In this document: positions 11,601 through 23,637 of the stretch, one piece after another
How positions within the stretch are numbered: the first letter of the stretch is position 1
Layout of the letters: each line of letters starts with the position of its first letter
Notes under the pieces: model-generated
The model's input: the letters and a program-made list of their open reading frames with translations, nothing else
The model's database searches: none
Told to the model about the DNA's origin: nothing
Assembly: GCA_023213395.1 (NCBI GenBank)
Contig: CM041465.1
Span: forward strand, 172,553,741-172,617,740
Reading direction: 5' to 3'
Source of the DNA: Cycas panzhihuaensis
Taxonomy: Eukaryota; Plantae; Cycadophyta
Length of the DNA: 64,000 nucleotides
Translations under genes and position numbers: made by a program

Positions 11601-14140
11601 ACAAGGAATGGGATATCTATTCTTGATGGTTAGTTTATTCAGAGCCCGATAATCTCTGCACATTCAGTAAGATCCATACTTTTTCCTTGAAAGAATAACT
11701 AGAGAAGCAAACAGACTGGTGCTCGGAATAATGATACCCTGTTGGAGGAGTTTCTGCATAATGCGCTCAATTTTCCGTTTAAAGTGAAACAGAGGACGGT
11801 ATGGCCGAATGTTAACCAAAAAAGATTGTGGCCCAAATTCAATAGCATGCTCATACCCATGACTTGCGGGTAATTCTAGAGGAAGTTCTCCAAACACTTG
11901 GCTATATTGATCAATGAGGACTTGGACTTCAATCGGGACTTCTTTTATTGTTAATTTATAACAAGGAAGCATGAAGGAAGTGGGATTCTTCCGTAGTAAT
12001 TTCTCCATTCGTTGGGTCGACACCAGCTATGTAAGTGGTATATCTAGAGCCTGTAATTAGTATTTACGACCCTTCTAGTGGAAGCACATGAACCTTGTTC
12101 TATAGTTGGTTACAATGTTGCCTAAAGTTTGCAACCATTGAACTCCCAAAACAACGCCAACGTGTCCAATTTGCATGGCAAACATGCAAGATGTGCTGGT
12201 ATAATCCATAATTTGTAAATTTACCTGTTGGCAATATCCCTTGCAAGGCATGGTTCTCCCATTGGCAATAAGCACTTGAAAAACATTTAATGGCTTAATC
12301 TGGAGCCCTAGTTTTTCTGCCATAGATCGGTTTATGAAATTGTGGGTACTCCCACTATCAACCATAATCAAGATTTTTGCATTCTTCATTACTCCTAAAA
12401 ACCGTAGGGTTTGAGGTGCACAAACCTCCCCAATGATTGCTTGGTGTGAAATCTAGACATTCTCTGGAATGATATTTAGGAGGTCATCAATCTCTAGTTT
12501 GATTTCATCTACTCTAACTTCTTCATCCAAAATTTCTTCGTCTATTTACTCCAGTATATTTTCTTCTTCATTATTTATCATAAACATTCTCCTAGCAGGA
12601 TATTTGTGATCTCTATTATATTTTCCTCCGCAATGGAAACAAGTTCCATTCCTAACATTCTCAACCCGTGATATATGATCTTCTTTTTTCTTAGCAGTGA
12701 GAGCCCCAACTTTCGTTCTTGATTGAGTCTAATTGGGTTGGAATTGTTGGCTGGGACATCTAGGAGGCTCAGACTGGCAAACAAAATTTTACCCACTCTC
12801 TATAAATTCCGCTTCGATGTTCCGAGCATGTCAAATGGTTTCATTGAGAAAGCTTACATCTAAAGTCTTTAGGTAATACTTAATGTTCCCTTTAAGCCTT
12901 GCAATATATACTTCACTTAACTGCTCTTCACTGATATCAATTTCCACCAAGCTATGCAAGGCTTGAAATTGTTCTGTATAAGCTCATACCAACCCTGTTT
13001 GTTGTAGTCTGCTGAGTTGAGTGAAGTAGTACGTGTTAGAAGTGTCTACATATTGCTTGATTATACTCTTCTTTAGGAAACTCCAATTAAAATGGCTTGT
13101 CCCTTCGTAAAACCTCTGTCGCCATTGATACCACTTTAGGGCTTTTCCATAACGATGTAGAGCGACGTCCATCAACTTCTCTTTATTGATCATGGGGGTT
13201 GCTTTGAAGTAGATCTCTAATTGTAAAATCCAACTGCAAATGTCCTTGGATTTTTCAGGGTCGAACTTTCCCAAAAGGAATTTGGTTCCTTTGAGTCCAA
13301 CACCAGATTGGTCCCCCAAATCTCTTCCTTCTTCAATGTACTCTTATTATTTCTAATGTCTAGTTGGACCTATATCCTTTTTCCTTCCCATGATGATGTT
13401 TGTAAGTAGTTGAATATCCTTTTTTATCTGTGCTAAATCATTGGTAATAGTGTTAATGCGACGGAATACATCTGCTACTATTTCTGATGGTTGATTCACC
13501 ATTTTGTTGGATGAAAGTTGTTACCCTAATCTCAATTCCATTCTTAAGGAAGAATCTTTTATCAGCATTTTTTTCTTGCAGAAACTTCTTCTAACCCGAC
13601 TTCAAATGAAGCTCTGATACCACCTATAGTGATAATTATAGGGCGGAGTATGGTTATGTCTATTACTCCACTCTAATCACAGATAAATTCCAAACATATA
13701 CCAATAAAAGGACAATTTATAGCAATAAAGGAGAAATATAATAGTAATACAAAGTATATAATTATGGAAGGTAAATAAAATAGATTGATGACAATTTAAT
13801 AGATATAATCTTACCCAAGTTTGCTTGGCAACAATGCTGAAAATGTGGTTTCTCTTCGAGGCAAGGTGCCCTCCAAAATTGTTGCCCAAAGGCCAAGCTA
13901 ACAGCAGTCCACAAAGTGTTGAGATGATGCCCTAATGCCGCCCAACAACCTCCTTAAATAGGCGCTCAAACTGCCCATGAGATGGCCAGCCAAAACCCCA
14001 TTTGAAGTCAGCTACAACTAGTCTTGAAGTCGGCCAAAATTAATGACAGCAATAAGACTAAACTTCCCTCAATTGCAGTCAGTTTTCCTGTACAAAAGGA
14101 AGTCAACCAGACAGCTTTCCAAGATGTATGGATTGTTACA
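8677..14140 (-). mobile_element. Degenerate chromovirus-type Ty3/Gypsy element (gag, protease, RT, RNase H, integrase)
   Basis: PBS 13611-13622; gag 12984-13319; protease VDSGSTHNFI; RT MP..LTNA.ATFQ; RNase H/KTDH.SLKY; integrase HPQTDGQTEVVNKCLE; PPT next to 9184. LTR-like ends at 8677-9184 and 13625-14140. Many stops and frameshifts. Confidence 0.9.
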
Positions 14141-15837
14141 ATCTTTGTCCACATTCCAAAAGAGAAAAGGGGCAAACTTGATGAAAAGGGCATCAAACGC
14201 ATCTTCATAGGGTACAATGAAAAATCAAAGGCTTATAGGTGCATCAAACTAGGAACTGTAGAAGTTATTGTAAGTAGGGTTGTAATATTTGATGAAAATC
14301 CCACATTGATTAAAACCCCAATTAAAATGAACAACATCCTTGCCACCACAAAAAAGGAAGTCCAAACTGCAGCTAGAGGAGAAGGAACTTCAAAAGACTC
14401 CTCCAATAATCATCAAGGAATAGTAGAAAATCCACCTCAGAAAAGAATTTCAAAGTGGTACATGTCGACCCTTCGTGACTCATGAATAGATCTCTCAAAC
14501 ATTGAGAAAGAAACACAGACTAGATCCCAGAGCCGCATAGAAAATTTGATTGCTCTTAGTTGTGCTTTAAGCATAGACAAACCTATCACATTTGAAGAAG
14601 CTCGAGGAAAAAAAAACTAGGACAAGGCTATGGAGGATGAAATTCAAGCAATCCATAAGAACAAAACGTGACAACTTACTAAACTACCCAAAGACAAACA
14701 CACAATAGGATGCAAATGGTTGTTCAACCAAATATCTATCAGATGATTCCATTGAAAAATATAAGGCTCTACTGGTAGCAAGAAGATTCACTCAATTAGA
14801 AGGCATTAACTTTGAATAAACCTTTGCTCCAATAGCAAAACTAATTACCATACAAACCATTATTGCTCTAACAGCACAGTATGGATGGAACATCTATCAT
14901 ATGGATGTCAAAAGCATTTTTTTGAATAGGGACATTGAAGAAGAGGTCTACATGGAACAACCCCCTAGACTCATCAAAAAAGTGGTAAGAATATCTTGTC
15001 CACAAACTAAAGAACGCCCTACATGGATTAAAGGAAGCTCCCAAAGCATGTTATGATAAGATAGATTAATACCTAAAACATGGCTTCCACAGAAGTCAAT
15101 CAGACCCAAATCTCTATATAGGGGTTAGCAATATAAGTCCCATCACCATAATAGTAATTTATGTAGATGATTTGCTAATCATAGGAAATGATAATACGAG
15201 TATCAAGCTCCTAAAAGGAAATCTAATGAGAACTTTTGAGATAACAGATATGGGACTGGTACACTATTATTTGGGAGTAGAAATGAAATAAGAAAGAGGT
15301 AGGATCCTTTTAGCTCAAGACAATTATACAAAGGAATTACTGATCAATTCAAACTGGGTGACTACAAATTAGTTGCAACACCCATGGAAACTAGATGTAA
15401 ACTAATTGCAAAAGATCATAGCCCAAAAATTGAGGAAATCATGTATAGAAAATTAGTCAGGAGTCTAATCTACCTCACCTCCACATGACCAGACTATAAT
15501 GTGGAAGGTATAGTTTCCTATACTATACCTACTATAATGTAGTAGGTATAATTTCCAAGTTCATGAGCAATACTCATGAAATGCATTGAAAAGCAACTAA
15601 GAGAATCCTAAGGAATATACAAGATACCGTAAATTATGGTCTTGAATATATCAAAAAACTAGATTTCCAACTTGAAGGGTATAGTGATTTAGATTGAATG
15701 GGAGGACATGATAGGAAGTCAACATCAGGATACTCCTTCAGTCTAGGATAAGGAATGATCTCACAGAGCAGTAAAAAACAACCAACAATTGTTGCATCAT
15801 CTACTAAAGTGAAATACAAAGCAATAGTGGGGGGCAC

Positions 15838-18800
15838 TGTTACGAGTTCATGTTTAATGTGTATAAATGTTTAATGTGTCTAGGACAATATTATGTCTAA
15901 GGGTTATTAATGTTATAGTCCTAAAGGGGCATTGTGTCATGGTCTATAGATTAGTATTAATGTTGTTGTCAAAGGTCTAATTATGATGTTGTGTTAAGTC
16001 ATTAAGTGTGCTTATGCACATCCTTACATGTAACGCCTAATTAGCAGGTGAAGCAGTTGCCAATTATGGTTGGAGGAGTTAGAGGTCTCCTCAAGTATAA
16101 ATATGTACCCATCTTCTTTCAATTTGATTAATACGGAAATTTTGATATCTATGTTTCTAACATGGTAGCAGAGCAAGTTGGTCCGTTGGAGAGTTGATCT
16201 ATTATAGGGTTTGTATTGAAAACTATTAAGGTTTTTGCACTTAATCAAGAAGAGACAAGATTCCTGCCTAGAGTGGAATAGCCATCCATTAAGAATAAGA
16301 AGGTCATTACCTAAAAAGGAAGAGCCAAAGTTCCCAGGTGTCTGCATTGAAATAATCTGCGAAGATTCATTCGTAACAGAAGAAGGGTTGTTCGAATGTC
16401 ATTGTGAGTGATAAAATGGCACATGCAGTGAATGAGGTGTGAAGTGCCTACCCAATCAAGAGAAGTAAATCACTGAAGATTATCATCAAAAAAAGCACGT
16501 GTAGGAGCCATAATTGCATTGCAAGTTCATTCATGTTGTGAGTTTGAAGAAGGAACCCTAAGCGCCCATTAGCATCCTGTTATTTGCCAATTGCATTACA
16601 TCATCATTCTACAATCGCCTCTCTCAAAATGTTCATGTGAAACTCTATGTCTCTTGAGGGAGAAGAAGTGCTCAGCAAACATCAAGCAAATACCGTCTAT
16701 AGAAGGCAGAAAGGTTGTTGAAGAGAGCCATTTGTGAAAGAGGCTCTAAGGGCGATAGACATAGACAATGTGTAGAAGAACTCAGAGACGCAGTTCACAG
16801 AGATATTGCTCGAGAAAACCCATAACTACTGTGGTAATATTAAAGCAGGTCTGCCTCGCAAAGAACAGATGCCAACAAAAGGAAATCAATGTCAAAGCTC
16901 CCTAGATAAGTGTGGAAGGAAACACAGAAGGGTCCAGTCCTTTCGTCGAAGTAAAAGATACTCAAACCCGTAGTCTAGTAAGCGTGTGCACCGCAAAGCT
17001 TTCAAGGAGAGCCAGACACCCAAGAAATCTAAACCCCAGACTCGCGAATCAAAGATAAATCGCCATCGTGAGCCTCTTGTTCTATCCATCGTTGGTGTAA
17101 AGTATTTGCTGCCTGTCGTGGAATATTTTGCCTAAGGAGACCTCTTCACGTGCCTGCTTTGTTTCATTCATCCACCATCGCTGCATATTACACTTGCTCT
17201 GCCATCGAAGAAATTTGGACACCGCTACGTAATTGTTACGTCATCAATTTACTTGTTTACTATGTTGTCGCCATGGTCATCGTCATTGAACAGGAATTTG
17301 CAAACAGATAAAGTTGAAGCTAAAGCAAGCTCAAACTAGGTTGACGTTCGAAATTTGAATCCAAGCCAAACTAGCGTTAATAGTTTGAATTCGAAGGCAA
17401 AAAAGACAAACAGATGCAAATCGACAGAAGATGAAAATGTTCGCTGCTGCAAATGTACGCACTGGTATTTTGGTTAGGGTAATATTATTTTCGAAGTTAT
17501 GAAATAAATTGAAGTAAACCAAATGAACTTTTGAATTCTGTGGACGTGAAACAAGAATAAGGCAGATTTAATATTTTTTGCAAAGACAAAAATGTATTTA
17601 ATAAGATTGGATATCATTTGAAGTTTGCTAACCCCTAAAAGGATAAGCCCGTTGTCTTATGAAGTCTTCATGTGACATGTTGTTAATCTATTCGACGGGC
17701 TAAAACTCTAGTGACATCATTTTTGGAGGTGTTTGTACGTTTTTCTTCATATCTTCGCATCTAAGAGTTTGATTCTTAAACCATTTGAACTATCAAAATC
17801 CTCATTCAATGTACTACAGTCTGGAATGTGATTTAAGGTATTTTGTTGTTGATTTGATAGAGTTATCACGTGTGATGCACTCTTAATCAACTCATTCTTA
17901 CATCATGGAGTTAGATGACATCATCATTTTTGTACTTGAAAAGAATGATTATTGATTAACAGATTTTCCTTTTCCCCTACCTAAGTACATTGGAACAAAT
18001 TATTGGTGTTGGGCAATCAAAATGCAAAGCATATTTGTATGCAAAAGAGTATGGAAAATTATCACTGATGGATATAATGGATATGATACCTTAACTGATA
18101 TAGAAGGGAAAGGAAACTTTAGGAAGAAGAATAAAATAATAATTGATGTTATGCTTGTTGCATTAAATAAAGATGAGCTTCCATCTTCCTACCATTTTCT
18201 CATCCCTACAATTCGTGATGCTAGAACTACTAAGGAAGCCTAGAACCTCTTGCAGGATGTGTATGAAAAGACCTCGGAAGAGGTGCAAGAGATTGTTAAA
18301 AAGGCAAACAGTTTTTGAGATATAGAAAAGATGAACAATTTACAAGAGATATAGAAGAAAAAATCTCTCTTGGAGAACAGGTTATGTACAACAACCTAAC
18401 TAAGAATCAGAAAAAGGAGTTGAACAGGAAAGCCAAAAAGGCAAATGGAAGTAATCAGGTTGATTCTAGTAAGAATAAATCTTACATAGATTTATCTGAT
18501 GTCTTTTGTGATAAGGAAGGAGAAAAGGTACACAAACCTATTTCTAAGAATAGGTCCTCAATTGAAAAAGAATATAATGGTGATTGTGACAAAGCAATTC
18601 AAGAATCCCTATTACACATTCCTGCAGATGAACTTGTTAATGAGTCTATTAAAATAACAGATGAGTCTAATGATTTGACTCTAAATCATTGTTCAGAATC
18701 TAAGAAAGAAAAAGAAAATGAATAACTGAAAACTGAGAAGAGAATTATCTCACCTACATTTTCTTTTAACATCTTGAGTTACATCGCTTTGCTGAAAAAT

Positions 18801-20184
18801 CCTATATTACAGGTTGCTAAAAAGATGGACCCTAACTCTAAAATAGCCTGTAAGCATAAAAAATCTGAAGTTGGTTTCTGATAGTCATTTTCACAAGTAA
18901 TACAATATGGAGACATAACTACCTTAATGGAAAATTTGGGTATTATTAAAATAATTTCTATTGACAAAATTGTTGCTAAATCTCAATTGATATCAAGTCA
19001 CACAGTTCTATGTCTGTGGATTGAATTCTTTATGGTTTCATTTGATATGGCAACATTTTTTGTCCTTGTCATTGAAGAAGTTCAAGTTATTTTGCCATAT
19101 CCAGCAAAGGCACTAGAAAATTTCCTCAAAGAAAGGAGAGACACTTTGGCAATAACTGGAATGTAGCTTAGTTAAGATCTTAAAATGGAATATGTTTATA
19201 CAAATTGTTGTATTGTTCAATCATGAAGTTGAATCATGTGATGATGGCATATTGTCTTTATGTGACCATAACAGTTATTGGAAAGCTTGTGCTTGTGACT
19301 ATGATAAAAATCTTTCTTGTGTATAGGGTATCAATAGTTTCTTTGGTTGGTGAAAGGGAAACAAATTTGTTAACTAAAAATTTTGTTGAATCAGAACCAG
19401 TACCAATACTCGTGATCACAGAGAAAAAATCATCATCCATCCTTATTCTTCAAGAGACCTTTTATTTGTTCATTTTTTATTCAATATATCTAAAGAAGTT
19501 GATCATAGTGACAGAACTCATACTTGGATTATTCTTCTTCAAGGAAATTTTGAAATTCAAATCAGGTCTTATCACTTTTGATCTTGGAGATAATGATCAT
19601 CAAAAATGATTACATTTGGAATATAGTCTTTCAAATACAGTTGCAGCCACCAACTTAAAGCAACTTAAAAGTCAAAGAACAAAAGACGAAGATCGAGCTC
19701 TTGACGTTATCTTCAGGAAGATACCAACATTCAAGAGTTGCAAGTTCAAAACAACATCTCATGTCAAGTCATGTGTCAGTTTTTTTGCTAGTCCTTAGTA
19801 CTTAGTGACATGGTGTCATGTTAGTCCTTAGTATTCAGTTTTTTTTGTGGTCTTGACATTAAACATTAAGGAAGGGTGTTAAGAGTTAATGTTTAATATG
19901 TCTAAGAAAATATTATGTCTAAGGATTATTAATGTTATAGTCCTAAAGGGGTGTTATATTGTAGTCTATAGATTAGTATTAATGTTGTTGTCAAAGGTCC
20001 AATTGTGATGATGTGTTCAGTCATTGAGTGTGCTTATGCACATCTTTACATGTAACGCCTAATTAGTGGGTGAAGCAGTTGCCAATTATGGTCAAAGGAG
20101 TTAGAGGTGGACTCAAGTATAAATATGTACCCATCTTCTTTCAATTTGATTAATAAAGAAGAATTGATATCTGTGTTTCTAACA
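15838..20184 (+). mobile_element. Non-autonomous gag-only (TR-GAG/LARD-like) LTR retrotransposon, copy 1
   Basis: LTRs 15838-16162 and 19877-20184 (TG...CA); PBS TGGTAGCAGAGC at 16163; PPT AAGGAAGGG at 19868; TSD GGCAC/GCCAC. Copia-type gag N-terminus from 17905. No protease, integrase or RT seen. Confidence 0.9.
17905..18725 (+). pseudogene. Copia gag N-terminal (DUF4219-like) ORF remnant of element copy 1
   Basis: MELDDIIIFV..Y*LTDFPFPLPKYIGTNYWCWAIKMQSIF...VWKII..G ... TTKEA*; contains in-frame stops. Confidence 0.75.
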
Positions 20185-21717
20185 GCCACTTGTGAAGCAA
20201 TTTGGTTGAGGAGAATCATGAAAGAGTTAGGACAAGAGCAGCATCTCCCAATAGTTATCAATTGCAATAACCAAAGCATTATCAAACTTGCCAAAAATCC
20301 CATCTTTCATGCTTAAACCAAGCACATCAAGATTCACCATGATTTCATTAGAGAAAATATTCAAAACAAAGAAATCGAACTAAGTGCAGCATGCTAACAT
20401 CTCCAACAAGCCCCTTGGCAAAGATAAGTTTTTCTTCTTTAGAAATCAAACAGAAGTGAAAGAGAAAATAGAATAATCATTTGGGGTTGTGGGGGGGGGG
20501 GGGGCGGGGGTGTTGTGGGGAGTGTTGAAAGTGTTAATGAATCATTCTATTTTGTGCCAATACATTAACTTATTCTTTCTATTCTTGTAAAACGGGACAT
20601 TCCTTTTGTACTATAGGCATAAATTTAGTATTCTTTGCATGATGGACGCTTGCATCTCATGCATGGCTCAGCTTGATTCAATGAAGACAATGAATTACAT
20701 TTCACTTGAGCAATTGAGGGCCTCATTTTCTGCGTTGCTTTGATGTTTGACATCCCATAAGTTGGTTGTAGTTAAGTCCCACTTTTCACAAAAGCACATA
20801 ATTAAGAGTCCCATAATGGTCCAAAAACCCTTTATATAATGATTCTAACACAAAAATAAATCCCGTGGAACCATAACTTACCACACCAAGCCTTTTCTCC
20901 ATGAGATTGCATAAGAAAACATATTATTTGCACACAAATTTATACTAGATTGGGACAAAGCAAGAGCCTCGTAGGAACCATAGCAAGCTTCTCATGAACC
21001 TAATTACAGGCCTTTTGTTTTCAATGTTTAAAGAATCACAGACACACATGCATGCAGAGTTGGTATACCATTCCTTCTAGACAATCAATCCAACCACATT
21101 ATGCATGACAAGCAAGGTACCACCACAGTACTATCCTCTTATTCCAAAACCAATCACATGTAAGTAGCATTCTGCAACTTTCCTTTTATAGCCTCTCAGC
21201 ATGGTCCATGTATTCAAAAGGAATGCTTTCCTGCCTGCCCCCAGGATTGTAATCTAAACAATCTAAGTGGTGGTTTCTTCATTCTTCCTAGACAACAGCC
21301 CACTTCACATTTGTGCACAATTGTCGCCGCCGCAATCCTATAGTTTGAATCCAAGGCATTGCAGTAGTATTTGGATACATACTGAATTTCCCCTGCCCTT
21401 TTCATTTTAGACAGCCCATTGATCCTACCCTCCCACCCTATCCTTGAAAACAAAAGAAAATATGATCCTACCTTATTCAGTCAGATAAATAAGAAAGTAG
21501 TTTTCCTTGTGAATCATCCTGATTTGTCACATTGGAACTTGTGTTTGGTTGCTACAGGGTTATAGGAAAGGAACAACCATTCATATAAACATGAATCAAT
21601 CACTGTGTACACAAGTTACCCAAGCTGTTCAAAAGTGCATCCATTAATAATTAAGGATAAATCCAAAAACCATATATGAATTATAAACCCAAGCTTACAA
21701 GATATTGGAAACACAAC

Positions 21718-21720
<3 letters not shown>

Positions 21721-21775
<55 letters not shown>
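21721..21775. repeat. (AT)n(AG)n compound microsatellite
   Basis: Seen directly in the sequence. Confidence 0.98.
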
Positions 21776-21777
<2 letters not shown>

Positions 21778-21930
21778 CATAAGCTCCAAAACCCATGTAT
21801 CTCTACAAATCATAAAAGAATCAATGATTATTTAGCATCCCGAGTGAGATTCCAAGAGATTTCAATGAAAAAAATGCTACCAGGAGACTCAGATAAATGA
21901 AAATTAGGTTGAAACTGCTTTCTTTTCCAT

Positions 21931-22412
21931 TGTAACCAATCCTAATCTGCACTGGTCAAATGGAATTGACCAACCACAGATTTATAAAAATACATCAAGG
22001 AGAATGGTTTACTTAGGTTCATGGTTTCAAGATATATTTTGAAACCATGAACCTAAGTAAATGAGCTTCAGAATTGATTCCTGAATCTGAAACTATTCAT
22101 GACAAAAACACCATGTAGTGTTTAATCAAAGTCGGATGACATATTAACTTACAGAACTTGACTAGGTTTGTAATCCACCCTAATCTGCACTAGTCAAAGG
22201 GAATTGACTTCCTACATAATCATAAAGATATAAAAATACAGCTAGCACAATGGTTTGCTTAGGTTCATGGTTTCAAGGTGTATTCTGAAAGCATGAACAT
22301 AGGTAAATAAGTTTCAGAATGGTTTTCTGAATCTGAAACCATTCATGATGAAAACACTACGCAGTGTTGATTCAAAATCAGTTGACATATTAACTTACAA
22401 AATGTGACTAGG
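21931..22412. repeat. Tandem duplication of a ~240 bp unit containing a long hairpin
   Basis: Units begin tgtaa..a.cctaatctgcact.gtcaaa at 21931 and 22169 and end ..gactagg. A perfect 23 bp inverted repeat lies at 22008-22061. Confidence 0.9.
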
Positions 22413-22685
22413 ATTTTAAATTTTAAGTGTAAAACATGCCTTACTAATTTCATACATTTTAATCAGAGTTGGAGCATTTTTAATGTACATAATGTTTTCA
22501 ATAAATAGGAACACGATTTCCGGCTAAACTCAAATGATATATTGAAGTAAGAATACTTGTAATTTGGCATACTTGTTCATTGCAAAACTGCTATATGCTT
22601 CCAAAATTCCTACTATGAGACCAACTAAAATATAGCATATGCTCATAACCGGCAGTTTAAAATATCAAAACTAAGAAAACAGTAC

Positions 22686-22766
22686 CTTCATATTAGGGTG
22701 AGCAGTCAGAAGGCATGATAAGTGATACCCCGCATTTGAAGCCACTTTCCTTTCTGGATCACCAAG
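22686..22766 (-). CDS. NOC1: NOC1/SWA2-like internal exon D
   Basis: tccag| acceptor and |gtact donor; 81 nt, phase 0/0. Reads LGDPERKVASNAGYHLSCLLTAHPNMK (the conserved LGDP...AS.A.YHL..LL..HPNMK motif). Confidence 0.95.
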
Positions 22767-23145
22767 CTGGAATTTTTCAGCATCGAAGTTAAGCAGAGCA
22801 TGCAAAGCATAGCACACAATATTAAAAACGTAAGCAAACAAACAAATTATAAATTGGAAAATCATTGAATTGAAACGTAGCTATGAGAAATAAGTCTGAT
22901 AAACAATACTTCAAATTGTGTTGCATGTCATACAAGATACAGAAATAATGATACCAGCAGCACAGTCTAGTCAGATACCAGGAGTTGGTAGCTTAAGCAA
23001 GATCAGGTTTTATTTGAAAAGAGAGATCCAGAGACAAACTTTTAAATGCTGTCTGCAATTTTGTTGTGTGTCTAAATATTCACAAACTTAAGGTTCACTG
23101 CTAGCTATATGGATAATAGAAAAAAAGAGCTTGTGAAAGTCTTAC

Positions 23146-23214
23146 CTTGTTCACAAGGGCTGACAATAGCTTACGTTCTTGTTCTGGTTTGTTCTTCAAA
23201 AGCTCAAACATAGT
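23146..23214 (-). CDS. NOC1: NOC1/SWA2-like internal exon C
   Basis: tgcag| acceptor and |gtaag donor; 69 nt, phase 0/0. Reads TMFELLKNKPEQERKLLSALVNK (the PEQE..LL..LVNK motif), directly continuing exon B. Confidence 0.95.
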
Positions 23215-23637
23215 CTGCAAACAAATTTGCATTAGTATGCCAATTATAGACGTATCTTGAAGAATGGAAATAAAAAATTGAAGATGTTACTATCAAGCAA
23301 AGAGACCATGGGCAGTCTCAGCTTGACTACCTCTTTTCTCCTGTTCTTTTCAATGTTTCCAGGTACTGCAGAGACTCACTAACTGAACCATGAAACTACA
23401 ACTACATGACTATGAACAAAAAGAAGGGGATATAAGAAACCAAAATAATTGCATTTGTGAAAAATAATTCACAAAATTAGAATCAAAATCCAAAGCTGAA
23501 AGAAACAGAAAACTGCCACTCCCCCAACTATGAGAAATCCCATCTTTGCAAAAGGCTTCAAAATCATGAATCTATGTCCAGAATCCCAACTCTTAAAACT
23601 AGGACCCAGGTTAACCAAGGGCAATAAATATTGGCTG

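Larger units (their letters stand above)
14141..20850 (+). mobile_element. Degenerate Ty1/Copia element (integrase C-terminus, RT, RNase H, PPT, probable 3' LTR 20523-20850), interrupted by the 15838-20184 element
   Basis: FVHIPKEKRGKLDEKG..CIFIGY-like; YHMDVKSIFLNRD; YVDDLLI at ~15160. RNase H EYKAIVG(A)|TCEAIWLRRI resumes across the insertion. A G-rich PPT is followed by TGTTG...CTAACA. Confidence 0.9.

Noticed and set aside
20107-20316. 69 aa ORF with RNase H motif
   Set aside because: Chance fusion of an LTR end with the interrupted Copia RNase H.
21181-21460. 79 aa minus-strand ORF in TE-poor intron sequence as a missed exon
   Set aside because: No similarity to NOC1 in any frame I read, and no convincing splice pair.
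22671-22865. 64 aa ORF as a stand-alone gene
   Set aside because: It is exon D plus read-through into the flanking introns.
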